Shown piece after piece: positions 40,779 through 53,233 of a DNA stretch of 64,000 bases. How positions within the stretch are numbered: the stretch's first letter is position 1; each line of letters begins with the position of its first letter. Both the position numbers and the translations under genes were made by a program. This stretch comes from Eledone cirrhosa. Its lineage: Eukaryota. The DNA is taken from assembly GCA_964016885.1 (NCBI GenBank), contig OZ024755.1, forward strand, positions 41,726,001 to 41,790,000. The letters run 5' to 3'. Below the pieces are notes generated by a model. The model did not search any database. It was not told where the DNA came from and saw nothing but the letters and a program-made list of their open reading frames with translations.

Positions 40779-41152
40779 TGAACCCCCGGATAAACTGTAA
40801 AACTAGAAACGTAGTCTATAGCATAAGATGTACAGAGGGTACTTGCAGAAACACGACAACAACATACATAGGTGAGACAGCTCGTAGCATAGGTGAAAGG
40901 ATAGACCAACACTGGGGGGAACTAAAAGGACGAAAAAACGGGTCAGTACTATACGAACATGCTAGACAACATCATGACGGTAACATAGACAACATAGAAA
41001 TTAGAATAATATCTAAACATAGGAATGACCCAGCAGATAGGCAAATCAGAGAGGCCAGTGAAATAGAAATTAGAAGACCAAAGCTAAACAGAAAGAATGA
41101 GTGGAACAACAACAACACCCAAACAAACAACACTGACCTAAGAGAAGTATAA
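40778..41152 (+). pseudogene. PLE GIY-YIG endonuclease, Nematis-like, 5'-truncated at (TA)n
   Basis: CKTRNVVYSIRC...YIGETAR..ER..QH...RQIREA...LNRKNEW; followed by pLTR 41414-41670. Confidence 0.85.
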
Positions 41153-41413
41153 ATAAATAAGTAAATTAAATTAAATAAAATAAGATAAATAAATACATAC
41201 ACAAGCACATAAACACACACTAGTCACCCAGCAGACACAACACTATACACACTAGTCACACATCACACATAACACTATACACACACGCAAACGCATGCGC
41301 AAAGAAGACAAAATAAAATAAGATAAACAAACAAGCAAATAAATAAATAAATATATAGACAGACTGAACAAAAAAAAATGGCGTAGACATACAACACAAC
41401 AGGAGGAACAATG

Positions 41414-41670
41414 AATATAACACCACTGACGATGTTGCAGATGTGCAACGAAAGATTTATGTAAACTATATATATATGTGTTTGTCTATATTGTATCTGT
41501 ATTATTTTTGACCGCCGGTCAGTCAATGGCAACATTGAGGACCGAGTAAGTTAGATCGCAGATATATATATATAAAAGACAGCGAGAAGCGAAAACCAAC
41601 CAAACAGTGAGTGTGTTCTGTTATTAATTCTGGCAATATTACGCAAATATGACCCTCCCCAAATATAACA
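41414..41670 (+). mobile_element. PLE pseudo-LTR with hammerhead-like core (41426-41459)
   Basis: Copy of 1791-2050. Confidence 0.7.
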
Positions 41671-41711
<41 letters not shown>

Positions 41712-42029
41712 AACATGTTTATATATATACACACACATACATATTTATATATACACATACGTACACACATACACATGTATGTATACATCTATCTATACAT
41801 GAATATATCTCTATCGCCACCAAACTGTGTATATTCATACATATATACATCATCATCAGGTCGAGCTTGCTCGGCTTTCTACGACACGTTTCCTCCATCC
41901 ATCTGTTTCTCATAGCGTTTGCCAGTTCTTCCGCAGTGCATCCAGTATCGTCCTCAAGTTGCTTGATGTATGTCTTATTTGGGACGACCAGTTCACATAT
42001 ATATTGGGTGGGGTACTAATGAAATGGTA

Positions 42030-43090
42030 GTGTACCTCCGAGGGTTGTTCTCCTCTTCAAGAATCAAATATTTTCTTCTTCAAAGATTCACTTGTATTTG
42101 GATCTTTTTGTTTTTACATAAGATTTTGAAAACGACATTACTGGCAGATGAAATAACATGTTTTGTGTTCAGTAGTGGTTTCTACTTTCTAATGAAGAAT
42201 TCTTCTTTGTATTTCCGACCATATCTTAAAGAAGTGGAAAATTGTGAATTTTCCCTTCCCACACGATGGGAAGTGTTCACTGCATGTGGTGTTTCTGACA
42301 GAGGGGTCTCTAATTTGTTGTTTATGTACTCGAACTCTGTCATGTAGACCCGTTCCGGTTTCACCAATGTAGTATTCTTTATTTTGTAGGCAGGTTGCAC
42401 AGTAAATCAAGTTTTTGGTTTGCAATTCATGTTTGTATTAACTGAAAAACTGGTTGTTTTTAAAGGAGATTTTTCCACCCTCTTCAATGTGTTCACAATT
42501 TCCGCGTCGAGGGTCCCTGCATTTCTTAACTCGGGAGATATTGTTTAACGGCTTTCACAATGTTGAAGTTCCTTGGGTTGTGAGTGACGACAAAAGGGAT
42601 AACTGTTTTTTCCCTTTTATTTTGTTGCTTTGTTTTTCTCAGTGTTGTCACTGGGATGTTCTCGGTTTTGGAGGTGGCTGTGTTGATGAGGTTCACCGGA
42701 TATTCTTTGTCTTTTAAGGAACCCTTTTAGTTCATATAATCTTTTTTCCTGTAGTGTGGGGGTGTGTTACTATGGTGCAGATGCGTCTTGCTATGTTAAA
42801 GGGATGTTCTTTTTGATATGTGAGGGGTGTGCTGATCGTAAATTCAAGTATTGGTGTGTGTCTTTTGGTTTGTGAAATAAGTCTGTTTTGATATTTTCCT
42901 CTTCTTTAATGATTAGGATGTCTAAAAAGGTGGCCCCTTTATATTAGATTCCATAGTAAATTATATTTCTTCGTGAAGATTGTTTATGTGGGAATGGAAC
43001 CTTTGCAGGTCTTCTTGGTTTCTATTCCAGAAAATGAAGCAGTCGTCTAGGTAACGTTTCCAGTTGTTATTTATGTGGGTGGCAAAGTCC
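42030..43090 (-). pseudogene. Neptune-like PLE RT/GIY-YIG remnant
   Basis: WKRYLDDCFIFW at ~43025-43063; CRDPRRGNC linker; NLIYCATC..YYIGETG..HDRVRVH; multiple frameshifts. Confidence 0.85.
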
Positions 43091-43091
43091 A

Positions 43092-43660
43092 GTAAAAACC
43101 ACAATAACATTCAAGCATAACAGACCTGATGTAATGATATTGGACAGGGAGAAGAAAACATGCACAGTAATGGAAATTAGATGCCCAGCAGATGCCAATA
43201 TAATATCAAAGATTAGTGAAAAGGAGAATATTTATGCAGAACTGATGAGAAATCTGCAGATACTCCACCCTGATTACACCTTCAGATTTATGCCTGTGAT
43301 TATTGGGGCACTGGGATATGTTAGTAACTGCCTCAATACAAATCTTGAGGAGCTGGGCTTCACAGAAACAGAAACAACACAAGTAGTTAAGAAATTACAA
43401 GTACAATCCATTAATGGAACAGTAAAATTATGTAAAACATTCCAAAATTTTGCATCTAATAACTGCATATACACATGTACAGATAGTAAGCACATACACT
43501 CATGCAACTCAAAACATACACATCTACACATACAATAACATCCATATCTATACATGCAGACATACATATCTACCTAGTTGATGTTGTGTAAATTCCAATG
43601 AGAGAGTCTTGTGTCTATGTTAGAAACCGACTCTCTCTCTATTAAAGATTTATAAAATTA
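43092..43660 (+). pseudogene. R4/Dong-like non-LTR 3' end (restriction-like endonuclease)
   Basis: HNRPDVMILD...EIRCPAD...EKENIY...PVIIGALG. Confidence 0.8.
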
Positions 43661-43737
43661 TAAAACCAGAAGAACATACATACATACATACATATCGACA
43701 TACATACATACATACATACATACATACATACATACAT

Positions 43738-44963
43738 GGTGGCTGCCAACTCGTTTTCGAGTACGGCCACTACTTTATATCCATGTAGGAGAACCCCTAC
43801 TGATGCGCTGAACGAGTGTGACTTTTTAGTCCAGCCAGCGACTTGAAAACTTTGGTACAAACACTACACTTGTGACAATTACTGACACATAGTGCTGGGC
43901 CCATGGTACCCTGTGATGACAAGTGCAGAGAGATCTCCAGATATAAAGCAATGCCTGTGCCGTGAAGCTTTTATAGTGAGCAAAGGCACTGCACAAAGCC
44001 AGTCCCACTCTCTTAACCAAGATGATATTTACCAAAAAGAAGAACAAGTCAACATCATTGGATACCATCAGGGTTGCAGGTGTTATATCAGAGTTTTCCT
44101 TCTCCTAGAATTCTGCCTTGACAAAGGCTAAGGGGTCATCTCTCCCGGTGATTTTGGATGGCCCTTGACTCTTAAGAGTTCCTTTGCCCTTTGACAGGTT
44201 TTGTTTTTAGTCCTGCAGGATGTCCAAAGTCACCCTCCTCACCAAGAAACCTTGGCGGGGTTGCCAGTTTAGTCGCCAACGACCCGACCATGGGACAGGT
44301 TGTACTGGGATACATGTTACCAGTAGCACCAACTGGTGACCTGACCATACATACATACATACATACATACATACATACATACATACATACATACATACAT
44401 ACATACATGGTGGCTGCCAACTCGTTTTCGAGTACGGCCACTACTTTATATCCATGTAGGAGAACCCCTACCGATGCACTGAACGAGTGTGACTTTTTAG
44501 TCCAGCCAGCGACTTGAAAACTCTGGTACAAACACTACACCTGTGACAATTATTGACACATAGTGCTGGGCCCATGGTACCATGTGACGACAAGTGCAGA
44601 GAGATCTCCAGATATAAAGCAATGTCTGTGCCGTGAAGCTTTTATAGTGAGCAAAGGCACTGCACAAAGCCAGTCCCACTCTCTTAACCAAGATGATATT
44701 TACCAAAAAGAAGAACAAGTCAACATCATTGGATACCATCAGAGTTGCAGGTGTTATATCAGAGTTTTCCTTTTCCTAGAATTCTGCCTTGACAAAGGCT
44801 AAGGGGTCATCTCTCCCGGTGATTTTGGATGGCCATTGACTCTTAAGAGCTCCTTTGCCCTTTGACAGGTTTTGTTTTTAGTCCTGCAGGATGTCCAAAG
44901 TCACCCTCCTCACCAAGAAACCTTGGTGGGGTTGCCAGTTTAGTCGCCAACGACCCGACCATG
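43738..44963 (-). mobile_element. Two tandem RTE-derived non-autonomous elements (671-bp period)
   Basis: Copies 43738-44346 and 44409-44963, each ending in an (ATGT)n tail. Confidence 0.8.
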
Positions 44964-45177
44964 TCTCACATACATACATACATACATACATACATGATGA
45001 CTCGTTATCGAGTATGGCCATTGCACGAGAAAAAAAACCCATAATAATAACAATAATAATAATAACAACAATAATAATAACGACAACAACAACAATAATG
45101 ATAATATACATATATATACACACACACCGACACACACATAAACATCTATACACACACACACACACACACGATAGCAA

Positions 45178-46060
45178 TTAACAGCGCTGCGATCGAATGT
45201 AGCTTTTTAGCCCAGACAATGATCTAAAATGTCTTGCACAGAGTTGGCACCCAAAACATTCACTGGGAATAGTCGGCTGTGGTTGGAGTTCATGTACTTT
45301 TGCATGTCGTTTGAGCCCTCCTGCTGATTTACATTCTCTACCACATGTTTGGCAAGCATGATGAGTAGCATCTCCAACAGAAGCCTGGTAGTCAACCACT
45401 GGTCTCACTTTATGACTGCAAAGATGACTTTCGAGTCCAGCTTTGCTTAGGCAGAGCCTCGCACAAACGCTGCATGTCAGCACCATAGGAGGACCTTCGC
45501 CGTCTGGAAGTGCAACAGCAATGCCCTTCCTCACATCCCGCTTTACTTTCTCGTATGCGATTCGAGATGCCTCAGAGGCAACTTTACCCTCATATACAGT
45601 CTTTCTCCATTTATTACGATCAGCAGCAACATTTTCCCATGTATCAGCAGAGATCTTAGCGTCTTTCAAAGAGGCTTTGAAGGAATCCTTATACCTCCTT
45701 TTAGAGCTTTCCAAAATCTCGACATCATTGATGTGGTCCCTCCAGCGAACGCCATGGATCCGTCTGAGACACATCTGATGGAAACGCTCCAATTGCTTAA
45801 GGTGGTGTCGATATGTGACCCAGGTCTCGCAGGCATAAAGAAGAGAAGAGAGCACACATGCCTTGTACACCTTTACCTTTGTCTTCTTGCATATGTCTCG
45901 CCGACCCCAGAATCGCCTTTCTAGCTTTCCAAAAGTATCAATTGCTTTCCTAATCCTGAGTGGGATTTCACTATCAAGGTTGCTGTATCGATTGACAGTG
46001 CTTCCCAGGTAGACAAACAGATCAACCACTCCAAGTCGTTTACCATACACATAGATATTT
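45178..46060 (-). pseudogene. RTE-clade LINE 3' ORF with C2H2 zinc fingers
   Basis: FVYLGS, KVKVYKACVLSSLLYACETW, LERFHQMCLRRI and three C2H2-like fingers; internal deletion; probable 3' tail at 44970-45030. Confidence 0.9.
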
Positions 46061-46064
46061 GGTT

Positions 46065-49000
46065 CGTCAGATAGAATGGTAGAGTGGTTAGAACGTCAGA
46101 TAGAATGGTAGAGTGGTTAGAACGTCAGATAGAATGGTAGAGTGGTTAGAACGTCAGATAGAATGGTAAAGTGGTTAGAACGTCAGATAGAATGGTAGAG
46201 TGATTAGAACGTCAGATATAATGGTAGAGTGATTAGAACGTCAGATAGAATGGTAGAGTGGTTAGAACGTCAGATAGAATGGTAGAGTCGTTAGAACGTC
46301 AGATAGAATGGTAGAGTGGTTAGAACGTCAGATAGAATGGTAGAGTCGTTAGAACGTCAGATAGAATGGTAGAGTGGTTAGAACATCAGATAGAATGGTA
46401 GAGTGGTTAGAACGTCAGATAGAATGGTAGAGTGGTTAGAACGTCAGATAGAATGGTAGAGTCGTTAGAACGTCAGATAGAATGGTAGAGTGGTTAGAAC
46501 GTCAGATAGAATGGTAGAGTCGTTAGAACGTCAGATAGAATGGTAGAGTCGTTAGAACATCAGATAGAATGGTAGAGTGGTTAGAACGTCAGATAGAATG
46601 GTAGAGTGGTTAGAACGTCAGATAGAATGGTAGAGTGGTTAGAACGTCAGATAGAATGGTAATGTGGTTAGAACGTCAGATATAATGGTAGAGTGATTAG
46701 AACGTCAGATAGAATGGTAGAGTGGTTAGAACGTCAGATAGAATGGTAGAGTCGTTAGAACGTCAGATAGAATGGTAGAGTCGTTAGAACATCAGATAGA
46801 ATGGTAGAGTGGTTAGAACGTCAGATAGAATGGTAGAGTGGTTAGAACGTCAGATAGAATGGTAGAGTGGTTAGAACGTCAGATAGAATGGTAAAGTGGT
46901 TAGAACGTCAGATAGAATGGTAGAGTGATTAGAACGTCAGATATAATGGTAGAGTGATTAGAACGTCAGATAGAATGGTAGAGTGGTTAGAACGTCAGAT
47001 AGAATGGTAGAGTCGTTAGAACGTCAGATAGAATGGTAGAGTGGTTAGAACGTCAGATAGAATGGTAGAGTCGTTAGAACGTCAGATAGAATGGTAGAGT
47101 GGTTAGAACATCAGATAGAATGGTAGAGTGGTTAGAACGTCAGATAGAATGGTAGAGTGGTTAGAACGTCAGATAGAATGGTAGAGTCGTTAGAACGTCA
47201 GATAGAATGGTAGAGTGGTTAGAACGTCAGATAGAATGGTAGAGTCGTTAGAACGTCAGATAGAATGGTAGAGTCGTTAGAACATCAGATAGAATGGTAG
47301 AGTGGTTAGAACGTCAGATAGAATGGTAGAGTGGTTAGAACGTCAGATAGAATGGTAGAGTGGTTAGAACGTCAGATAGAATGGTAATGTGGTTAGAACG
47401 TCAGATATAATGGTAGAGTGATTAGAACGTCAGATAGAATGGTAGAGTGGTTAGAACGTCAGATAGAATGGTAGAGTCGTTAGAACGTCAGATAGAATGG
47501 TAGAGTCGTTAGAACATCAGATAGAATGGTAGAGTGGTTAGAACGTCAGATAGAATGGTAGAGTGGTTAGAACGTCAGATAGAATGGTAGAGTGGTTAGA
47601 ACGTCAGATAGAATGGTAAAGTGGTTAGAACGTCAGATAGAATGGTAGAGTGATTAGAACGTCAGATATAATGGTAGAGTGATTAGAACGTCAGATAGAA
47701 TGGTAGAGTGGTTAGAACGTCAGATAGAATGGTAGAGTCGTTAGAACGTCAGATAGAATGGTAGAGTGGTTAGAACGTCAGATAGAATGGTAGAGTCGTT
47801 AGAACGTCAGATAGAATGGTAGAGTGGTTAGAACATCAGATAGAATGGTAGAGTGGTTAGAACGTCAGATAGAATGGTAGAGTGGTTAGAACGTCAGATA
47901 GAATGGTAGGGTCGTTAGAACGTCAGATAGAATGGTAGAGTGGTTAGAACGTCAGATAGAATGGTAGAGTCGTTAGAACGTCAGATAGAATGGTAGAGTC
48001 GTTAGAACATCAGATAGAATGGTAGAGTGGTTAGAACGTCAGATAGAATGGTAGAGTGGTTAGAACGTCAGATAGAATGGTAGAGTGGTTAGAACGTCAG
48101 ATAGAATGGTAATGTGGTTAGAACGTCAGATATAATGGTAGAGTGATTAGAACGTCAGATAGAATGGTAGAGTGGTTAGAACGTCAGATAGAATGGTAGA
48201 GTCGTTAGAACGTCAGATAGAATGGTAGAGTCGTTAGAACATCAGATAGAATGGTAGAGTGGTTAGAACGTCAGATAGAATGGTAGAGTGGTTAGAACGT
48301 CAGATAGAATGGTAGAGTGGTTAGAACGTCAGATAGAATGGTAAAGTGGTTAGAACGTCAGATAGAATGGTAGAGTGATTAGAACGTCAGATATAATGGT
48401 AGAGTGATTAGAACGTCAGATAGAATGGTAGAGTGGTTAGAACGTCAGATAGAATGGTAGAGTCGTTAGAACGTCAGATAGAATGGTAGAGTGGTTAGAA
48501 CGTCAGATAGAATGGTAGAGTCGTTAGAACGTCAGATAGAATGGTAGAGTGGTTAGAACATCAGATAGAATGGTAGAGTGGTTAGAACGTCAGATAGAAT
48601 GGTAGAGTGGTTAGAACGTCAGATAGAATGGTAGAGTCGTTAGAACGTCAGATAGAATGGTAGAGTGGTTAGAACGTCAGATAGAATGGTAGAGTCGTTA
48701 GAACGTCAGATAGAATGGTAGAGTCGTTAGAACATCAGATAGAATGGTAGAGTGGTTAGAACGTCAGATAGAATGGTAGAGTGGTTAGAACGTCAGATAG
48801 AATGGTAGAGTGGTTAGAACGTCAGATAGAATGGTAAAGTGGTTAGAACGTCAGATAGAATGGTAGAGTGATTAGAACGTCAGATATAATGGTAGAGTGA
48901 TTAGAACGTCAGATAGAATGGTAGAGTGGTTAGAACGTCAGATAGAATGGTAGAGTCGTTAGAACGTCAGATAGAATGGTAGAGTGGTTAGAACGTCAGA

Positions 49001-49583
49001 TAGAATGGTAGAGTCGTTAGAACGTCAGATAGAATGGTAGAGTGGTTAGAACATCAGATAGAATGGTAGAGTGGTTAGAACGTCAGATAGAATGGTAGAG
49101 TCGTTAGAACGTCAGATAGAATGGTAGAGTCGTTAGAACGTCAGATAGAATGGTAGAGTGGTTAGAACGTCAGATAGAATGGTAGAGTCGTTAGAACGTC
49201 GATAGAATGGTAGAGTCGTTAGAACATCAGATAGAATGGTAGAGTGGTTAGAACGTCAGATAGAATGGTAGAGTGGTTAGAACGTCAGATAGAATGGTAG
49301 AGTGGTTAGAACGTCAGATAGAATGGTAATGTGGTTAGAACGTCAAATATAATGGTAGAGTGATTAGAACGTCAGATAGAATGGTAGAGTGGTTAGAACG
49401 TCAGATAGAATGGTAATGTGGTTAGAACATCAGATAGAATGGTAGAGTCGTTAGAACATCAGATAGAATGGTAGAGTCGTTAGAACATCAGATAGAATGG
49501 TAGAGTGGTTAGAACGTCAGATAGAATGGTAGAGTGGTTAGAACGTCAGATAGAATGGTAGAGTGGTTAGAACGTCAGATAGA
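46065..49583. repeat. 29-bp satellite, ~121 copies, with 725-bp higher-order repeat
   Basis: Unit GTCAGATAGAATGGTAGAGT(G/C)GTTAGAAC. Confidence 0.98.
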
Positions 49584-49838
49584 ATACTTTGCGGTATTCG
49601 TTCCGTCTCTCTGCTCTGAGAGTTCAAATCTAACCGAGGTTAACTTTACCTTTCATCTATTCGAGGTCGATAAATACAGTACCAGTCAAGTACTGGGGTC
49701 GATTCCTCCTCTATATCTCTTTTTCACTTCCTCTCTCTCACTTTCTATCCTTCCCTGGAAAAAATCTGCTGTATTCCGACCCGGAAGATGGGCTCTGCCA
49801 GGTTTTTAAATCTCCAAGTAATGCCGTATGTCAATACA
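49556..49838 (+). mobile_element. tRNA-head SINE with extended tail; its head is the last satellite unit
   Basis: TGGTAGAGTGG A box, GAGTTCAAATC B box at 49620, core GGTCGATAAATACAGTACCAG. Confidence 0.82.
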
Positions 49839-50058
49839 GGATTAATAGTAAAATTAATGTGTACAAGACTATCCTTCTCTCCATAATGATGACTTAGATA
49901 CAGTTATTGGTGTGGGACTGAGTGACTACATCTTAATTATTGCATAACTAATTAGAACCTCGATAATAATGAGTCCCGTTAAGTGTCAAAACACATTTGA
50001 TGGATGATTATATCATTAGGGTCAATAGCAGCATTTATCTTCACTAAATTATACACAC

Positions 50059-50140
<82 letters not shown>

Positions 50141-50164
50141 TTATATATATATATATTTATATAT

Positions 50165-50265
<101 letters not shown>

Positions 50266-50467
50266 ATTTATATTACGTTGTTTACCAATAGGGGGGAACT
50301 GATGATTCCGGTTTGAAAACGATGATGCAATTAATTAAACCACTCGACGTTATGCAGATCATCCATCGTAGATGTGGTATCCAGTGGTTGGTGGAGGGTC
50401 GGAGTGAAATATTCATTAAAAACAACAGAAGGCCGGACTGGAAACTTTATAATTTCAATTCCGCGAA

Positions 50468-50543
50468 AACACTATACGTATTTCAATGGCCCAGCTCCAT
50501 CATCTGAATATGAAGCAAGTCCTTGGCGATGTCATCAGGTGTT
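50468..50543 (-). ncRNA. Type I hammerhead in pLTR fragment ~50275-50670
   Basis: Minus strand AACAC-CTGATGA-cat...att-GAAA-TACGTA-TA-GTGTT. Confidence 0.72.
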
Positions 50544-50696
50544 AATTGCAGAATTATTTATATAAGAGAACAGGATTTTGGCGAATATATAGAATATAGA
50601 ATAAAAATAGAGGAACTATTTTGATTCGTGGAAGGTCCGTATATTCCGTGTTATTGTAACGGCAGCTCATCCCCTTCTCTTGTAGGTTTTAATTAG

Positions 50697-50827
<131 letters not shown>

Positions 50828-50841
50828 GTGTGTGTGTGTTA

Positions 50842-50910
50842 GCACCAGGACCAGATGGTCTCCCAGACATAGTGCTAAAATGTGCCAAAAGGGCCTCGCC
50901 AAACCATTAA
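50842..50910 (+). pseudogene. Tiny LINE ORF2 fragment
   Basis: APGPDGLPDIVLKCA motif. Confidence 0.55.
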
Positions 50911-50942
50911 AGATGCAGTTCCCAAATCCTAATAAACCGGCA

Positions 50943-51722
50943 TATTACCAGACCTACAGCGCCACCTACACATTACCAGACCTACAGCGCCACCTACACA
51001 TTACCAGACCTACAGCGCCACCTACACATTACCAGACCTACAGCGCCACCTACACATTACCAGACCTACAGCGCCACCTACATATTACCAGACCTACAGC
51101 GCCACCTACATATTACCAGACCTACAGCGCCACCTACACATTACCAGACCTACAGCGCCGCCTACACATTACCAGACCTACAGCGCCACCTACACATTAC
51201 CAGACCTACAGCGCCACCTACACATTACCAGACCTACAGCGCCACCTACACATTACCAGACCTACAGCGCCACCTACACATTACCAGACCTACAGCGCCA
51301 CCTACACATTACCAGACCTACAGCGCCACCTACACATTACCAGACCTACAGCGCCACCTACACATTACCAGACCTACAGCGCCACCTACACATTACCAGA
51401 CCTACAGCGCCACCTACATATTACCAGATCTACAGCGCCACCTACACATTACCAGACCTATAGCGCCACCTACATATTACCAGACCTACAGCGCCACCTA
51501 TATATTACCAGACCTACAGACTGAAGCAATAGCGCCACCTACATATTACCAGACCTACAGACTGAAGCAACAGCGCCACCTATATATTACCAGACCTACA
51601 GCGCCACCTATATATTACCAGACCTACAGACTGAAGCAACAGCGCCACCTACATATTACCAGACCTACAGACTGAAGCAACAGCGCCACCTATATATTAC
51701 CAGACCTACAGCGCCACCTACA
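50943..51722. repeat. 28-bp minisatellite with longer variant units at the 3' end
   Basis: Unit CATTACCAGACCTACAGCGCCACCTACA; GACTGAAGCAA-containing variants after 51518. Confidence 0.95.
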
Positions 51723-51856
51723 CTCAAAGAAGGTAGCAGAGTTGAAGCAAAACATTACAAACCTCTTTCTCTCAAATCTCACACAGAATGTATTGTTGGA
51801 ATCAAATAATTAGCAACATTAAACACAACCTCTCCGATAGTTTACAGCAGCAATTA

Positions 51857-52033
51857 CGGCAGTGGAGACTTCTGGTGTCCTCGGCCCTAGGTCTACCTCC
51901 CTACTCACCACCATAGGCGCTGAGCTGGCCCGCCGCAAGTGTGAGCCTCGCGAGCTGTAATGGCTTTTCCAGCGCGTCGCCCTTGCCGGGGAACGCCTTC
52001 TCCATTCTGTCCGCCGGGGCTGTGGGGAGGCCA
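51857..52033 (+). pseudogene. CRE-like fragment
   Basis: Homologous to 28966-29148. Confidence 0.7.
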
Positions 52034-52387
52034 CCAATATGATTGATTAACTTGTCATTTTATCAGTCAGATGTTTTTAGACATCACCCAGTCTCATCTT
52101 TTCCCTTTCCCTCTCTAAAGCAGTACCATAAACACTTAATAATCTCTTGAGAGGAATGGACGGTGGTTCTATAGAGTGGCAGACTGGCCATGTCGTCAGC
52201 TTGCCAGATGGCAGGTAAGTCGCTAGGGACCCAAGGTAGTACTTTAGAAATCCATGAAAAAACTTTGCTTTCAAAGAAAATATCTGAAGACTTAGAGAAA
52301 ATATAAAAAAGACAAAACAAATAAAACAATTAAGTAAATTAATTCCCTAAGAGTTCAATACATTTTAAGTGGAAAGGTGAAATAGAA

Positions 52388-52427
<40 letters not shown>

Positions 52428-52523
52428 GAGTGTGTGTGTGTGTGTGCCTATATATATATATATATATTATTGAGTAAAATGACAGGAAGCTGGAGTGGTG
52501 AAATTCCTTAAAGGTTTATTATA

Positions 52524-52583
52524 AACACTATGCACATTTCAATGACCCGGTTCTGTAGGAACCCGGTGACATCATCAGGTGTT
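52524..52583 (-). ncRNA. Type I hammerhead in pLTR fragment 52468-52700
   Basis: Minus strand AACAC-CTGATGA-tgtcaccgGGTTCctacaGAACCgggtcatt-GAAA-TGTGCA-TA-GTGTT. Confidence 0.8.
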
Positions 52584-52696
52584 ACGAAGTTTATCTAATA
52601 AAGGAATATAATAATGGTAGACACAATCCAAGGGGCTGAAAAGTAGAGAGAAATGTTTAAGAACCGAAGGCGGCCAGAGCCAGTCCGGATGACCGC

Positions 52697-52779
<83 letters not shown>

Positions 52780-52914
52780 GAGGTTATATTTAATTTGTTG
52801 GGATATAACAAGCAAAATATTTTTATAACTGATATAAAGCACTCAACAAATTATTATAATAATATAATATACAATATATTAACAAATGGAAACTATATTT
52901 ATAAAACCATATTT

Positions 52915-52978
52915 ATTTCATTATACATATTTCAAGGGCCACCAGAGCAAACTATAGTGCGCTTTCATCAGATAAAAT
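52915..52978 (-). ncRNA. Type I hammerhead ribozyme
   Basis: Mirror copy of 55596-55659 with a few stem II substitutions. Confidence 0.75.
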
Positions 52979-53177
52979 ATAATATAGGTTAGTTTTATAA
53001 ATAAATATTGACATACCCTTAAAAAATGCAATCAATCTGGTTGGAATCTCCTGGATAGTGGAGTTATTAGATTTATTGTTGGTTTATTATGCAAATTAGT
53101 GTTGGAAAGGTTTAAAACAGTATATTTAAATTAAGCCGTTGGAATAAGGAAAAAAAGAAAAGAAAGAGAAAAAATGA

Positions 53178-53233
<56 letters not shown>

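Noticed and set aside
46065-49583. Retrozyme-type tandem ribozyme repeats in the satellites
   Set aside because: None of the satellite units contains a hammerhead core and all are too short.
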